Virus record (IMG/VR): IMGVR_UViG_3300037475_000032
Location: 1 to 64,000 of that record
Strand: one strand, 5' to 3'
Source: a virus
DNA: 64,000 nucleotides
The notes below the pieces were generated by a model that saw only the letters and a list, made by a program, of their open reading frames with translations, was not told the origin of the DNA and did not search any database. Shown here piece by piece: positions 1 to 8,512 of this stretch. Each line of letters starts with the position of its first letter. The stretch's first letter is position 1. Position numbers and translations under genes: made by a program.

Positions 1-197
1 ACCTTACGGATGTTCTTGACCTTGCCTCGCAACTCGAAGCGGATGGTCGTGAACAGGAAGTGCTTTTCCTCCTCGACAACGCACTCCACATCGTAGTTCC
101 AGCAAGTGGTCTTGAGCGCACTTGCAGCCCCAGCCCATCGCGGACCTTCTAGGCTGCCACGGAACGTCGCCCTCTGGTTGTCGTCCTCGGCGCTCAT
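1..197 (-). CDS. Hypothetical protein, truncated by the window edge
   Basis: ATG at 197 overlaps the upstream TGA (ATGA); frame MSAEDDNQRATFRG... is open to position 1. Confidence 0.6.
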   Translation of the reverse strand, partial: MSAEDDNQRATFRGSLEGPRWAGAASALKTTCWNYDVECVVEEEKHFLFTTIRFELRGKVKNIRK

Positions 198-784
198 AAC
201 TCGATCCTTTCGATGTACGTGACGATGGTGGACTTGCCGTACTTCGGATCGTCTTCGTGGCGCTTGACCTTCGCGCGGAGAAGGAAGGTTTCGCCCTCCT
301 TCCAAGAAGGGTCGGCGTACACGGGCGCGAACCAGGTCAGCTTCGCCGTGTCATCGAGGGTCATGAAGGTGTAGATGGTCCCGCTTCCGCCCTCGTAGGT
401 GCGGATGATCTTGACCTGTCCGGTGATGTGCTTGTCCACCTCACCCAGAAAGCGCAACTCGACCTCAGCGTGGGCCTCGTGAACGACGGCATAGCCTCGT
501 CCGTGGTTAGCTCCGCCGCACGAGCAGGTACACTTCCAGCCCTTCGCATTGAGGCACCGGGCGTCGCACTTGTGATCCTTGGAGTAGGTGCCGTCGATGC
601 GACGCAGGGCGAAGACTCGATGACCCCGGTCGCATCGGGAGAAGATCCCGTTGTTGACTCGGTACGCGACTCCGGCCTTCACGTCGGAGAAGCTATTCGC
701 TTCCCGGACATCCCCGGTCTGCTCAGCGGACACGAATAGCGCGTAGTCGCAATCCTTACAGCGGCCTAGAAGTGGTTGACTCAT
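194..784 (-). CDS. Cys-rich Zn-binding protein with possible C-terminal OB fold
   Basis: CKDC and HKCDARC...CTCSCGGANHG motifs; beta-rich C-terminus (KLTWFA...LRAKVKRH...KSTIVT); own promoter directly upstream. Confidence 0.65.
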   Translation of the reverse strand: MSQPLLGRCKDCDYALFVSAEQTGDVREANSFSDVKAGVAYRVNNGIFSRCDRGHRVFALRRIDGTYSKDHKCDARCLNAKGWKCTCSCGGANHGRGYAVVHEAHAEVELRFLGEVDKHITGQVKIIRTYEGGSGTIYTFMTLDDTAKLTWFAPVYADPSWKEGETFLLRAKVKRHEDDPKYGKSTIVTYIERIEL

Positions 785-820
785 GGACCTAAGTCTAGAC
801 CATCCTGTAGCCTATGTCAA
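785..820 (-). promoter_or_regulatory. sigma70-type promoter, leaderless mRNA
   Basis: TTGACA(820-815)-17bp-TAGACT(797-792)-7nt-ATG(784). Confidence 0.85.
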
Positions 821-975
821 GCAGAATGTTGGGGACGCTCGCTAGTACTGATGCTCCAGATCTTCGACTCGCCGTCTGAGCACGCGGGGCACTTACCGCT
901 CAGCGGCTCACGCTCCGACTGGTAGCCGCAGTGGTTACAGCGATAGCGCGTGACCGTTTCCTTGATGAGGGTCAT
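817..975 (-). CDS. 52-aa zinc-ribbon protein (not in ORF track)
   Basis: MTLIKETVTRYRCNHCGYQSEREPLSGKCPACSDG...; ATGA overlap with upstream gene. Confidence 0.7.
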   Translation of the reverse strand: MTLIKETVTRYRCNHCGYQSEREPLSGKCPACSDGESKIWSISTSERPQHSA

Positions 976-1187
976 TTGTGCAGCGCTCCTTCCGAAATCG
1001 TAACCGTGACGCTTTCGCTCCCTCCCGCCATTATAGCCAGTGAGATAAGCGAGAGCAATGCAAAGACTAGCAGAGCCACAACGACAAGCTCCGTGTCCAT
1101 ACGTCGGGGTTTAAACGCGATGAGCAGTAGGCCCAGTCCGAAGACCGAGCCTACCGTTGCGAACCATGCGATCAATCCCGTGCTCAT
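972..1187 (-). CDS. Small two-TM membrane protein
   Basis: Two hydrophobic stretches; coupled to both neighbours. Confidence 0.7.
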   Translation of the reverse strand: MSTGLIAWFATVGSVFGLGLLLIAFKPRRMDTELVVVALLVFALLSLISLAIMAGGSESVTVTISEGALHK

Positions 1188-1840
1188 CAGTTATCGAACC
1201 AGAATACCAGACGAGGGTTGCCTGCGCCGCCCTCCTCCAGTCCACGGAGAGCCCAGAGCCACGCCCTGCACTCAGCGGGCACCTCAAGGACGCCTTTGTC
1301 CTCCGGCCAGATCTCCTGACCCACCTCCACGTACGCCTTCAAGGCGGCTTCAAGCTCGTCCGCCGTAAGCCACGAGTAGGTGTGCCAGTCGGGGTGCGTG
1401 ACCTTCCAGCCGAAGCGCTTGCCTTCGGGCTCTGGGAGTCCGTCGATCAACTCGCCGTGGATCTTCGGATCGAAGTACACCAGCGGCCTACCCCACTCGG
1501 TTTTGACCCACTTGGACGACGCAAACTGTCCCGTCGTCCACGAACGGGCGTTGTCGTAGGTGCAGTTGCCGCCTTCCTCCCACCTCTCCTCACTGACCCA
1601 CATGAGGGCGTCGTGTTCTGACTCGTAGCCGAGTCGAGAGGGGAGTCCCTTCGGGTCGGGAGCATGACCCGCTGCATCGGAAACACGGACTGCTCCGTTC
1701 GTCAACAGCCCGAACAAGAGGTAGTTGCGTCCGCCGTCGAGCTTGGCGAAGCTACGGGTGTAGAACTTCTCTTCGTCCGGGAAGATGCCCTCACCACGCG
1801 ACTCGTCGTAGTCGATGTATGGATGGATGTCGCAACCCAT
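1187..1840 (-). CDS. Conserved phage hypothetical protein (MGCDIH...RLVFWFDN type)
   Basis: MGCDIH start, RNYLLFGLL, DWHTYSWLT and RLVFWFDN motifs. Confidence 0.75.
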   Translation of the reverse strand: MGCDIHPYIDYDESRGEGIFPDEEKFYTRSFAKLDGGRNYLLFGLLTNGAVRVSDAAGHAPDPKGLPSRLGYESEHDALMWVSEERWEEGGNCTYDNARSWTTGQFASSKWVKTEWGRPLVYFDPKIHGELIDGLPEPEGKRFGWKVTHPDWHTYSWLTADELEAALKAYVEVGQEIWPEDKGVLEVPAECRAWLWALRGLEEGGAGNPRLVFWFDN

Positions 1841-1842
1841 GG

Positions 1843-2439
1843 CTACTCATCCTCCTCATCGTCGTCATCTCGGGTCGCGTCGTGGACGATCTTGGTGAAG
1901 TCGCTGCTGCTCGGCAGGTCATCGAGCGGGAAGGAGGCTACCAGCGTGATCGGAGAGTACTCCCCTCTGCCGCCCTCGCGGCTGGCGAATCTGCCGATGA
2001 CATCCGGGCCATGGTTGAAGCCCTTGTAGACCTCGAAGACGTTGCTGTCCAGATCGACAACGTAGCCCCACTCGCAGAAAAGCGAGTCGCTTGCGAAGTC
2101 GTTGCCGTCGAGGATGACGCCGGACTCCAGCGTCAGGTTCAAGTCGCCCTGCGTGTTGCGCAGAAGCACGTACCACTCATCGAGCGATCCTGTGCTGACG
2201 CCTTGGTCGGCGAAACGACGTAGCGCCTCCTGCTGCTCTGGGGTCGGAGGCGTGTCCTCCTTGACTAGAACGAGGGCACTAGCGGCCTCGCGTACCCCCC
2301 CGATCCCGGCCGCAGCGATCTTCTCGCGGATGGCGTCCAGGACATCGACGCCGAGCCCATCCGGGTAGCTGTCGAAGTGGTTGTATGTCAGCTTCTCATC
2401 GCCATCGATGACAAAGCCCCATGTGCCGCGTGTTCCCAT
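1843..2439 (-). CDS. Conserved phage hypothetical protein (MGTRG...YNHFDSYP...CEWGYVVDLD type)
   Basis: Recurrent phage family motifs; SD AAGGAG upstream. Confidence 0.75.
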   Translation of the reverse strand: MGTRGTWGFVIDGDEKLTYNHFDSYPDGLGVDVLDAIREKIAAAGIGGVREAASALVLVKEDTPPTPEQQEALRRFADQGVSTGSLDEWYVLLRNTQGDLNLTLESGVILDGNDFASDSLFCEWGYVVDLDSNVFEVYKGFNHGPDVIGRFASREGGRGEYSPITLVASFPLDDLPSSSDFTKIVHDATRDDDDEEDE

Positions 2440-2479
2440 GATGGTCTCCTTTTACCTGCGTTTCGCCACTTGTAGCGGC

Positions 2480-3904
2480 CTATAGTAGCTCATCGATCCA
2501 CGAAAGTCCAGTGTGGTCCAACTCCAGCTTCGCACGGGTGAGCGCCACGTAGGCCAGCATCATCTCCGGGCGGCTCGGTTCCTCGCCTTCCTCGGGGGCG
2601 TTGAAGTCGTTGGCGATACGAACCCTGTCCCACTCGCGGCCCTTGGCCTTGTGGGCGGTGGTGCAGACCAGATCGGCCGTTGCCTCGTCAACGCTCGCGG
2701 CGCAGACGGAGAGAACGGTCTGGACCCCGTAGTTATCGATGAGGTTGACCATGACCTTCAAGTCGCGGCCCTCATTTTCGTTGCTGTATCCCTGAACCTC
2801 GCCCCATGACTTGAAGGCAACGAGATCGGGGTGACTGCTCGATCCGCCCTGCATCAGTTCACGAGCACCCTCAGCGAAGCGTTCGATCTCGCCCGTCCCG
2901 CCGACGATGGCAACTGAGCGGCCAGAGGACTGAGCCTCCAGGGCGTGCTCAATGACGCCTGCGTTCGTGCGGCAGAGGATCACGTTGGGGTTGGCAACCG
3001 GGGCGACGACTGACGGGATGGACTCCAGTCCCTTGACACGACAAGGAGCATTGAGGAAGGTCAGGCACAGGTTGGCCTTGTCCGCCACAGCCGGACCAAA
3101 GCGAAAGCTCTGGGAGAGGGTCAGGAGGTGCGTGCCGGTGAACTTGCTCATCGCGTCAATGGCTCCGCGCCAGCCGTAGATTGCCTGACAGCGGTCGCCG
3201 ACCATGACCTTCTGCGCAACCTGTTCTTCGACCACGCGAGCGATCACGGGGTTGGCGTCCTGAGCCTCGTCCAGCATGACGAACTCGAAACGAAGGCGCG
3301 GCTTCGTCAGCGCCCAGATCTTGAGGTAGTGGTCGTGCTGGAACTTGAGCTTGCCAGCCGGGTCGTTCAAGTCCTCCCATGCCTTGCGAGCGTAGGGAGC
3401 AACGTAGGAGGCGAAGGAAGCGTGATCCTCGATGCCCTCGACAGGAGCGACATGGCGCTCAGTGATCTCGTCGTCGGCGCTGTTGCAGAAACGCTGGACG
3501 GCATCAAGGGAGCAGCGAGAGATGACCCACGCTGGGATGACCTGTTCCTTGGAGATCTGGAAGCCGCCCTCCGGGATACCCAGGATGGAGACGGCCATGC
3601 GGCTCGTGACGCGCGTGCCACGAAGACGATCCATGAGGCGCTTGCCGTGGGGCAGACGCATGATCCCGCCGTAGGCCAGCGAGTGTGCCGTGCGGCACTG
3701 TACATTCTCGGGGAAGGTCTTGGAGGCGTCTACCTGGATGGCCTTGTTGTAGGCGATGTAGAGCCCGTCGCGGTCAGTGGACTCGCCCAGGAGACGAAGC
3801 GTGGTGGTCTTGCCGGAGCCAGCCACGGCCTCGATAACCATGTCCTCCTCAGTCTCGAAGGCATCGAGGCAAGCGACCTGCTCGTCTGTGGGTTGGAAGC
3901 TCAT
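2480..3904 (-). CDS. UvrD/REP-like superfamily 1 helicase
   Basis: AVAGSGKTT, LDEAQD, VGDRCQAIYGWRGA, SQSFRFG, TAHKAKGREW, YVALTRAK. Confidence 0.92.
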   Translation of the reverse strand: MSFQPTDEQVACLDAFETEEDMVIEAVAGSGKTTTLRLLGESTDRDGLYIAYNKAIQVDASKTFPENVQCRTAHSLAYGGIMRLPHGKRLMDRLRGTRVTSRMAVSILGIPEGGFQISKEQVIPAWVISRCSLDAVQRFCNSADDEITERHVAPVEGIEDHASFASYVAPYARKAWEDLNDPAGKLKFQHDHYLKIWALTKPRLRFEFVMLDEAQDANPVIARVVEEQVAQKVMVGDRCQAIYGWRGAIDAMSKFTGTHLLTLSQSFRFGPAVADKANLCLTFLNAPCRVKGLESIPSVVAPVANPNVILCRTNAGVIEHALEAQSSGRSVAIVGGTGEIERFAEGARELMQGGSSSHPDLVAFKSWGEVQGYSNENEGRDLKVMVNLIDNYGVQTVLSVCAASVDEATADLVCTTAHKAKGREWDRVRIANDFNAPEEGEEPSRPEMMLAYVALTRAKLELDHTGLSWIDELL

Positions 3905-4077
3905 GACTGGACTTGGAAGGTATAGGTGGCGGGGAACTGGCGGGTGCTACCGTCGCTGAATGAGATCTCGACGCGCCGACGTACGCGGTCTACTTTCGTG
4001 ACCTCGACCCACTCGGAAGCCGTGCGGACCTTTAGGCCAGTGTACAGATCGTTGGCTTGCATCTCAGAAGTGTTCAT
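3901..4077 (-). CDS. Small SH3-like hypothetical protein
   Basis: ATG at 4077 lies 6 nt after the -10 box; ATGA overlap with the helicase. Confidence 0.6.
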   Translation of the reverse strand: MNTSEMQANDLYTGLKVRTASEWVEVTKVDRVRRRVEISFSDGSTRQFPATYTFQVQS

Positions 4078-4112
4078 GGACACAGTATAGCCTATGTTTA
4101 GACCTAAGTCAA
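4078..4112 (-). promoter_or_regulatory. sigma70-type promoter, leaderless mRNA
   Basis: TTGACT(4112-4107)-17bp-TATACT(4089-4084)-6nt-ATG(4077). Confidence 0.85.
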
Positions 4113-4116
4113 GCGA

Positions 4117-4695
4117 TTAGCCCTCGTATCGAGAGGCGGTTACGACGGTCTGGTTCTGGTAGCGGCTCTTGTTCTTCTCGTGCCCGTACGGATAGACAGC
4201 CGGGGTCGTGAGGCTGATGAGCGATAGCTGACAGATAGCCCTACCGGGATGCAGGATGATCGGGCGGTAGTTGAGGTTGTAGATCTCCAGGGTGATCGTG
4301 CCCTTGAAGCCAGGATCGATGTAGCCTGCGGTCGCGTGGACAATGAGCCCCAGGCGTCCGAGACTCGACTTGCCCTCGACACGGGCCACGAGGTAATCAG
4401 GGATCTCTACTCGCTCGACAGTCGAGCCCAAGCAGAACTGTTGCGGGCCAAGGTAGAGCCAGTCGGGTTGACCGACACCACACGTCACGCCGACCATTGG
4501 CTCCAACTCCAGGGTGCCCCGTACGTCCGCCAGATCGATAGGCGGAGGATAGGGAGACTCGTCGTGCGAGACGAGGAACTTGCTCGCCAGCGTCAGATCG
4601 ATGCTGGCAGGCTGAACCCTGTTGTCGTCCAAAGGATCGACAACTAGGTCTCCCCTACAGAGCGCTTGTCTAAGATCCCTGTCGCTCAGGACCAT
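4117..4695 (-). CDS. dcd: dCTP deaminase
   Basis: MVLSDRDL, VQPASIDL, EGKSSLGRLGLIVHATAGYIDPGFKGTITLE, SRYQNQ. Confidence 0.95.
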   Translation of the reverse strand: MVLSDRDLRQALCRGDLVVDPLDDNRVQPASIDLTLASKFLVSHDESPYPPPIDLADVRGTLELEPMVGVTCGVGQPDWLYLGPQQFCLGSTVERVEIPDYLVARVEGKSSLGRLGLIVHATAGYIDPGFKGTITLEIYNLNYRPIILHPGRAICQLSLISLTTPAVYPYGHEKNKSRYQNQTVVTASRYEG

Positions 4696-5005
4696 CGCGG
4701 AATCCCTGCACTGCCTGTGCTGCTTGCTCGGCTGCTCGGATATCGGTGGCCTTGACCAACTTGCTCGGCGGCTTCAAGGTCTCTGCGCCCTCTGAGATCG
4801 TCTTGCCGAGCTTTTCTGACTGCTCCTTGCCGAACCTACCGCGAAGGATGGCAGCCGGGATGTGTGCGACCTGGTTAGGTCCGACAGGGAGAGCCAAGCC
4901 GACGATGAAGGCGATCTCCATGATTCCGCCATCGGGACCAACCTCAGCGTCCGGGTCAGGGGCGCTTACCTGTACGTCAATGACCTGTAGTGTTGCGTCT
5001 AGCAT
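4670..5005 (-). CDS. Hypothetical protein
   Basis: SD AGGAGA; fits operon tiling. Confidence 0.6.
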   Translation of the reverse strand: MLDATLQVIDVQVSAPDPDAEVGPDGGIMEIAFIVGLALPVGPNQVAHIPAAILRGRFGKEQSEKLGKTISEGAETLKPPSKLVKATDIRAAEQAAQAVQGFRDGPERQGS

Positions 5006-5013
5006 GTACTCTC

Positions 5014-5298
5014 CTATGCGGGTTTGCGGATGATCTTCGTGCGGGAGCGCGCCCTATCGAACTGCCCCGTAGGTGTGACGACGTGAAGGTACTGGCCTCT
5101 ACGCCTAGCTCCCTCCGGTCGAGGCAAGATGGCCTCGACGGTGCCAAGCTCAGGTCCAGCCTTGGTACGGACCTTGACTCTCTGGCCGATGAGATCTTGT
5201 GTACGAGCAACTAGACGCGCCGTACGGGCAGCTTCCCTAGCCTTCGTTCGGCTCTTGTTGGCCGAGGTGACTCCTGTGTGATCCTTGGTGGCTGGCAT
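5014..5298 (-). CDS. Basic hypothetical protein
   Basis: TAATG coupling with upstream gene. Confidence 0.6.
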   Translation of the reverse strand: MPATKDHTGVTSANKSRTKAREAARTARLVARTQDLIGQRVKVRTKAGPELGTVEAILPRPEGARRRGQYLHVVTPTGQFDRARSRTKIIRKPA

Positions 5299-5672
5299 TA
5301 GGTAGCTCCTAGCTCGCCGAGCACCTTGCGGAGTCTCGGGACGGTTGTGGCGATTTGCTCCGCCTGTTGAAGCTCGTGCTGTACAGCCTCGCGGGCTCGT
5401 ACTGTACCTTCTCGCACCAACTGGAACGGACGGATGTGAATGTCAGAGCCATCAATGTTCGTTGGGATCAAGTTCTCGAAGGCACGCGCCAGGTCTTCGG
5501 CGTCGGGGACGGATACTCGGCGTGGACCAAGGCGTGCGCCCTGATTCGAGGTAGAGGCGTTCCCCGTGATGTACCAGCCGGGTCCCTCCGGTGCGGACTC
5601 TCCTGTAAGGAGGATCAAGGTCAAGTTGTAGATTGGTGCGTCATCCTGTGGCATCGGGCCAAATGTCTCCAC
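5298..5672 (-). CDS. Hypothetical protein
   Basis: Tiles the operon; start uncertain. Confidence 0.55.
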   Translation of the reverse strand: METFGPMPQDDAPIYNLTLILLTGESAPEGPGWYITGNASTSNQGARLGPRRVSVPDAEDLARAFENLIPTNIDGSDIHIRPFQLVREGTVRAREAVQHELQQAEQIATTVPRLRKVLGELGAT

Positions 5673-6126
5673 TTTTCGTAACTGCTATTCCTGCGCGAGC
5701 TAGCTTAGCATACATCTCCGCTGCGCCCTCGATTGTCTCATCCACTCCAATGGATGAGATGTCTCGGCATACCGTTGTGACATATCCTAGCGCATTTGCA
5801 TCGAAAGCCGTCTGGGCCACGACTGACTCTAGCGTGTGACCACATACTGCTACTTCCGTGACTCCCTCACGGGCCAGAATACTCTCCAACGACTCGATAG
5901 GTCGAAGGGTGCCGCCATCGAAGGCGGAGTAGTTGGGCTTATCGGCATCGATCCCGCGTGTAACCGTGTAAGTGGCAACTCGCTTGAGTGAAGCGGGAAT
6001 CTTGGCCGTCAATGTACCGTCACGCGATACGATGACCAGATCCGCCCTCTCGGCTAGCCAGAGGATGCCAGGAAGATATGCGTCGCCGTTCTCTACGTCG
6101 GCGATGATGACCGCTCGTCTGCTCAT
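5641..6126 (-). CDS. Degenerate isochorismatase/nicotinamidase (PncA)-fold protein
   Basis: RAVIIADVEN, YSAFDG, GVTEVAVCG...VAQTAFDANALGY align to PncA; catalytic Cys position reads Val. Confidence 0.75.
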   Translation of the reverse strand: MSRRAVIIADVENGDAYLPGILWLAERADLVIVSRDGTLTAKIPASLKRVATYTVTRGIDADKPNYSAFDGGTLRPIESLESILAREGVTEVAVCGHTLESVVAQTAFDANALGYVTTVCRDISSIGVDETIEGAAEMYAKLARAGIAVTKSGDIWPDATG

Positions 6127-6297
6127 CTAACAGGTGATAGCAGGTACGGTGAAGGTTGTGGTCTTTCCACATCCAGGACAGGTATGACGATACCTACCGG
6201 GACGGAGAACGATGTGCTGTGGCATGTTGTGTTGCGGGTTGAGACACGGATGGTCACACCTGCCCCACACCTCATCGTCATCAAGGCGTTCTAGCAT
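6127..6297 (-). CDS. 56-aa zinc-binding protein (not in ORF track)
   Basis: MLERLDDDEVWGRCDHPCLNPQHNMPQHIVLRPGRYRHTCPGCGKTTTF...; SD AAGGAG. Confidence 0.7.
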   Translation of the reverse strand: MLERLDDDEVWGRCDHPCLNPQHNMPQHIVLRPGRYRHTCPGCGKTTTFTVPAITC

Positions 6298-6626
6298 GGC
6301 ACTCTCCTTACTTGAATCTCCTCGACCGGCAACACTTCATCGTGATGCTGGGAGGAATCGCAGAACATCTCACCAGTATAGCCGTCACCATCCGGGTGAC
6401 TGCCGAAGATCGTCCCGTCGTGTCCTTCAATCAAGCTGCCTGTGTCTGGAAGGACAAGACCACACTTGGGACAGAGATACACGTCCCAGGTCTCCTGACT
6501 GCCGAAGAACTCACTCGCAGCAGCCCAAGCCCCGTTGAAGACGACGCGCTCCATGACGCTCTGCGGATGCGTGCGATTGAGAGCGTCCTCTCGGGCGACT
6601 TCCTCAGCTATCACTTGATCGGGCAT
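6291..6626 (-). CDS. Hypothetical protein with CPKC motif
   Basis: Tiles the operon. Confidence 0.55.
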   Translation of the reverse strand: MPDQVIAEEVAREDALNRTHPQSVMERVVFNGAWAAASEFFGSQETWDVYLCPKCGLVLPDTGSLIEGHDGTIFGSHPDGDGYTGEMFCDSSQHHDEVLPVEEIQVRRVPC

Positions 6627-6831
6627 CTCGTTCCTCTCTAGGATCGGGCTCAGTCTCGTTCAACATATCACAGATTTCCTTGGCCTCCTCACGAGTCTCG
6701 CAAGGCTCATCTGCGTAGGGCGTCCGCTCGCGCTCATGGAGATCATCCTTGGCGCAGCAATCCATGATCCACCAACCCGTCTGTCCTTTCATGGTGGCGA
6801 TCATCGGATGGAAGCGAGGCAGATAGGTCAC
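6604..6831 (-). CDS. Hypothetical protein
   Basis: GTGA overlap; SD AAGGAG. Confidence 0.55.
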   Translation of the reverse strand: MTYLPRFHPMIATMKGQTGWWIMDCCAKDDLHERERTPYADEPCETREEAKEICDMLNETEPDPREERDARSSDS

Positions 6832-7070
6832 TCTCGCTCCTTGAGAGTGACGGCGTAAGTCTCGCCCGTAGAGAGATCATCTGCTACCTCGATCCAGCCA
6901 TCAGCTAGCAAGCGGTCGAGGACGTTCCTGCGAATAGGGTCTCCGTTCCAGCGAGACTGGCCCCAGCCTCCGCCCTTCCAGACCCACACATGACCCTCTT
7001 GGACAGCTACAAGAGCCTTCCGCTGGGGTTTCGTGAGTTTCTTCCAAGCGACGGGCAGCTTGTCCATCAC
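6828..7070 (-). CDS. Small winged-helix-like hypothetical protein
   Basis: KLTKPQRKAL...VLDRLLADGWIE pattern. Confidence 0.55.
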   Translation of the reverse strand: MMDKLPVAWKKLTKPQRKALVAVQEGHVWVWKGGGWGQSRWNGDPIRRNVLDRLLADGWIEVADDLSTGETYAVTLKERE

Positions 7071-7273
7071 ACGATATCTGTGTCTCGGCCTGCGGCCTCA
7101 AGGATGTCGTACAGCCCTTCGACTCGTGGCTTGGCTCCCTGAGCGATCTCACGAATGAGAGTTTCAGCGATGTCCGCTACCTCGTCAACGGGAACCACGT
7201 CTATTGCGTCCTCTACGCGGATGAAGCCTTGCATGGCTACGTCCTTGAGGTTGATGACGTTCAATCGGGGCAT
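7067..7273 (-). CDS. Hypothetical protein
   Basis: Extended -10 TGaTAGGCT 6 nt upstream of ATG (leaderless). Confidence 0.6.
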   Translation of the reverse strand: MPRLNVINLKDVAMQGFIRVEDAIDVVPVDEVADIAETLIREIAQGAKPRVEGLYDILEAAGRDTDIV

Positions 7274-7332
7274 GGCGGGAGCCTATCACAAGGACAGCAT
7301 GAATCCAAGGGCCATCTGCGGAGTAACTAGCG

Positions 7333-7668
7333 ATGGCGCACTTCACGTCCTACAACACCTCCGACAAAAGCACCGGCAATCTTCCCCTCCAGGCGTCGGA
7401 ATCGAAGACGTTTGGTCCCATGCAGACCGACCGTGCTCAGAACATCGCTGGGTCGGTCTTCGCCGATCAGGTTGGTACGTTGAAGGTGCAGCAGTCGTTT
7501 GATGGTGAACACTGGGATATCTCACAGTCCTTCTCGGTCGTCGCCAGCACAGGTCAGGGATTCAACGTCGCCATCATCGCCCCGAATGTCCAGTTGGTCT
7601 ACGAAAACGGTGGAGTCAACCAGACAGTCATGAGGCTCTTTGCTCGCACGTTCGTAACTGGAGCCTAA
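7333..7668 (+). CDS. Small beta-sandwich protein, probably virion-associated
   Basis: First plus-strand gene; GTLKVQQSFDGEHWD...VQLVYENG; GTAACT late-type motif upstream. Confidence 0.65.
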   Translation: MAHFTSYNTSDKSTGNLPLQASESKTFGPMQTDRAQNIAGSVFADQVGTLKVQQSFDGEHWDISQSFSVVASTGQGFNVAIIAPNVQLVYENGGVNQTVMRLFARTFVTGA

Positions 7669-8493
7669 ATGGGCGATAACATCCTTGGACCCGGAAACAT
7701 CATCGGGCTTGCGGATGGACCTGCCGATGGCGACCTTCAAGGTAACTATCCAGGACCGACCGTAAAATCCCTCCAGGGAGTCGTCCTCTCCGGCACTCCT
7801 GGAATCGGCTACACCCTAGTCTCTACAGGCTCGTCAGCAGCCAAATGGACTCGTCAGCTACAGGCGGTAGCCCCTGTCTCATCCACGGGCACGCTTGTCG
7901 CCAACGCCCTCAACCCCATCGAAGCGACGGCTGGCCCTATCGTCATGAACCTCCCGACCGGACAGCAGGTCGGTACGCTCTGCGCCATCCAGAAGTACGA
8001 TTCGACTACTCACGTCGTCTCGGTCAGCGGAAGCATCCAGGGATCGTCCCATACTCTCGAACTTCCCTACCAGTTCGACACCTACCTCTTTGTCACCGAT
8101 TCAACCGGATCATGGTGGCCCGCAGCGTCGTACAGGACGCTCGCAGGGCTAGATACGCGCTACGTTGGGACTACTCGCAAGGTCAGCGAAGTCGCCAACT
8201 CCGGGGCGGCCACGACGATCCCAGACACGACCGTTGCCACGGTCACGAACGTCGTCCTGACAGCCAACTGTACCCTCACCTTCCCAGCCATCGCCGTAGG
8301 GAAGCAGTTCACCTTGGTCCTCACTCAGGACTCTACGGGCTCTCGAACGGTCACATGGCCCACCGAAGTCAAGTGGCCTGGAGGCACACCCCCAACTCTC
8401 ACCACAGCCGCAGGTTCGGTCGATTACTTCTCCTTCCTCTGCGTCGATGGCACGCACTGGTTGGGGTCCACAATCGGCCTCAATATGCACTAG
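7669..8493 (+). CDS. Minor virion/fibre-like protein
   Basis: C-terminal FTLVLTQDSTGSRTVTWP..VKWPGGTPPTLTT...VDYFSF domain typical of phage fibre proteins. Confidence 0.7.
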   Translation: MGDNILGPGNIIGLADGPADGDLQGNYPGPTVKSLQGVVLSGTPGIGYTLVSTGSSAAKWTRQLQAVAPVSSTGTLVANALNPIEATAGPIVMNLPTGQQVGTLCAIQKYDSTTHVVSVSGSIQGSSHTLELPYQFDTYLFVTDSTGSWWPAASYRTLAGLDTRYVGTTRKVSEVANSGAATTIPDTTVATVTNVVLTANCTLTFPAIAVGKQFTLVLTQDSTGSRTVTWPTEVKWPGGTPPTLTTAAGSVDYFSFLCVDGTHWLGSTIGLNMH

Positions 8494-8512
8494 ACCTGAC
8501 GGCTAATAGGTG

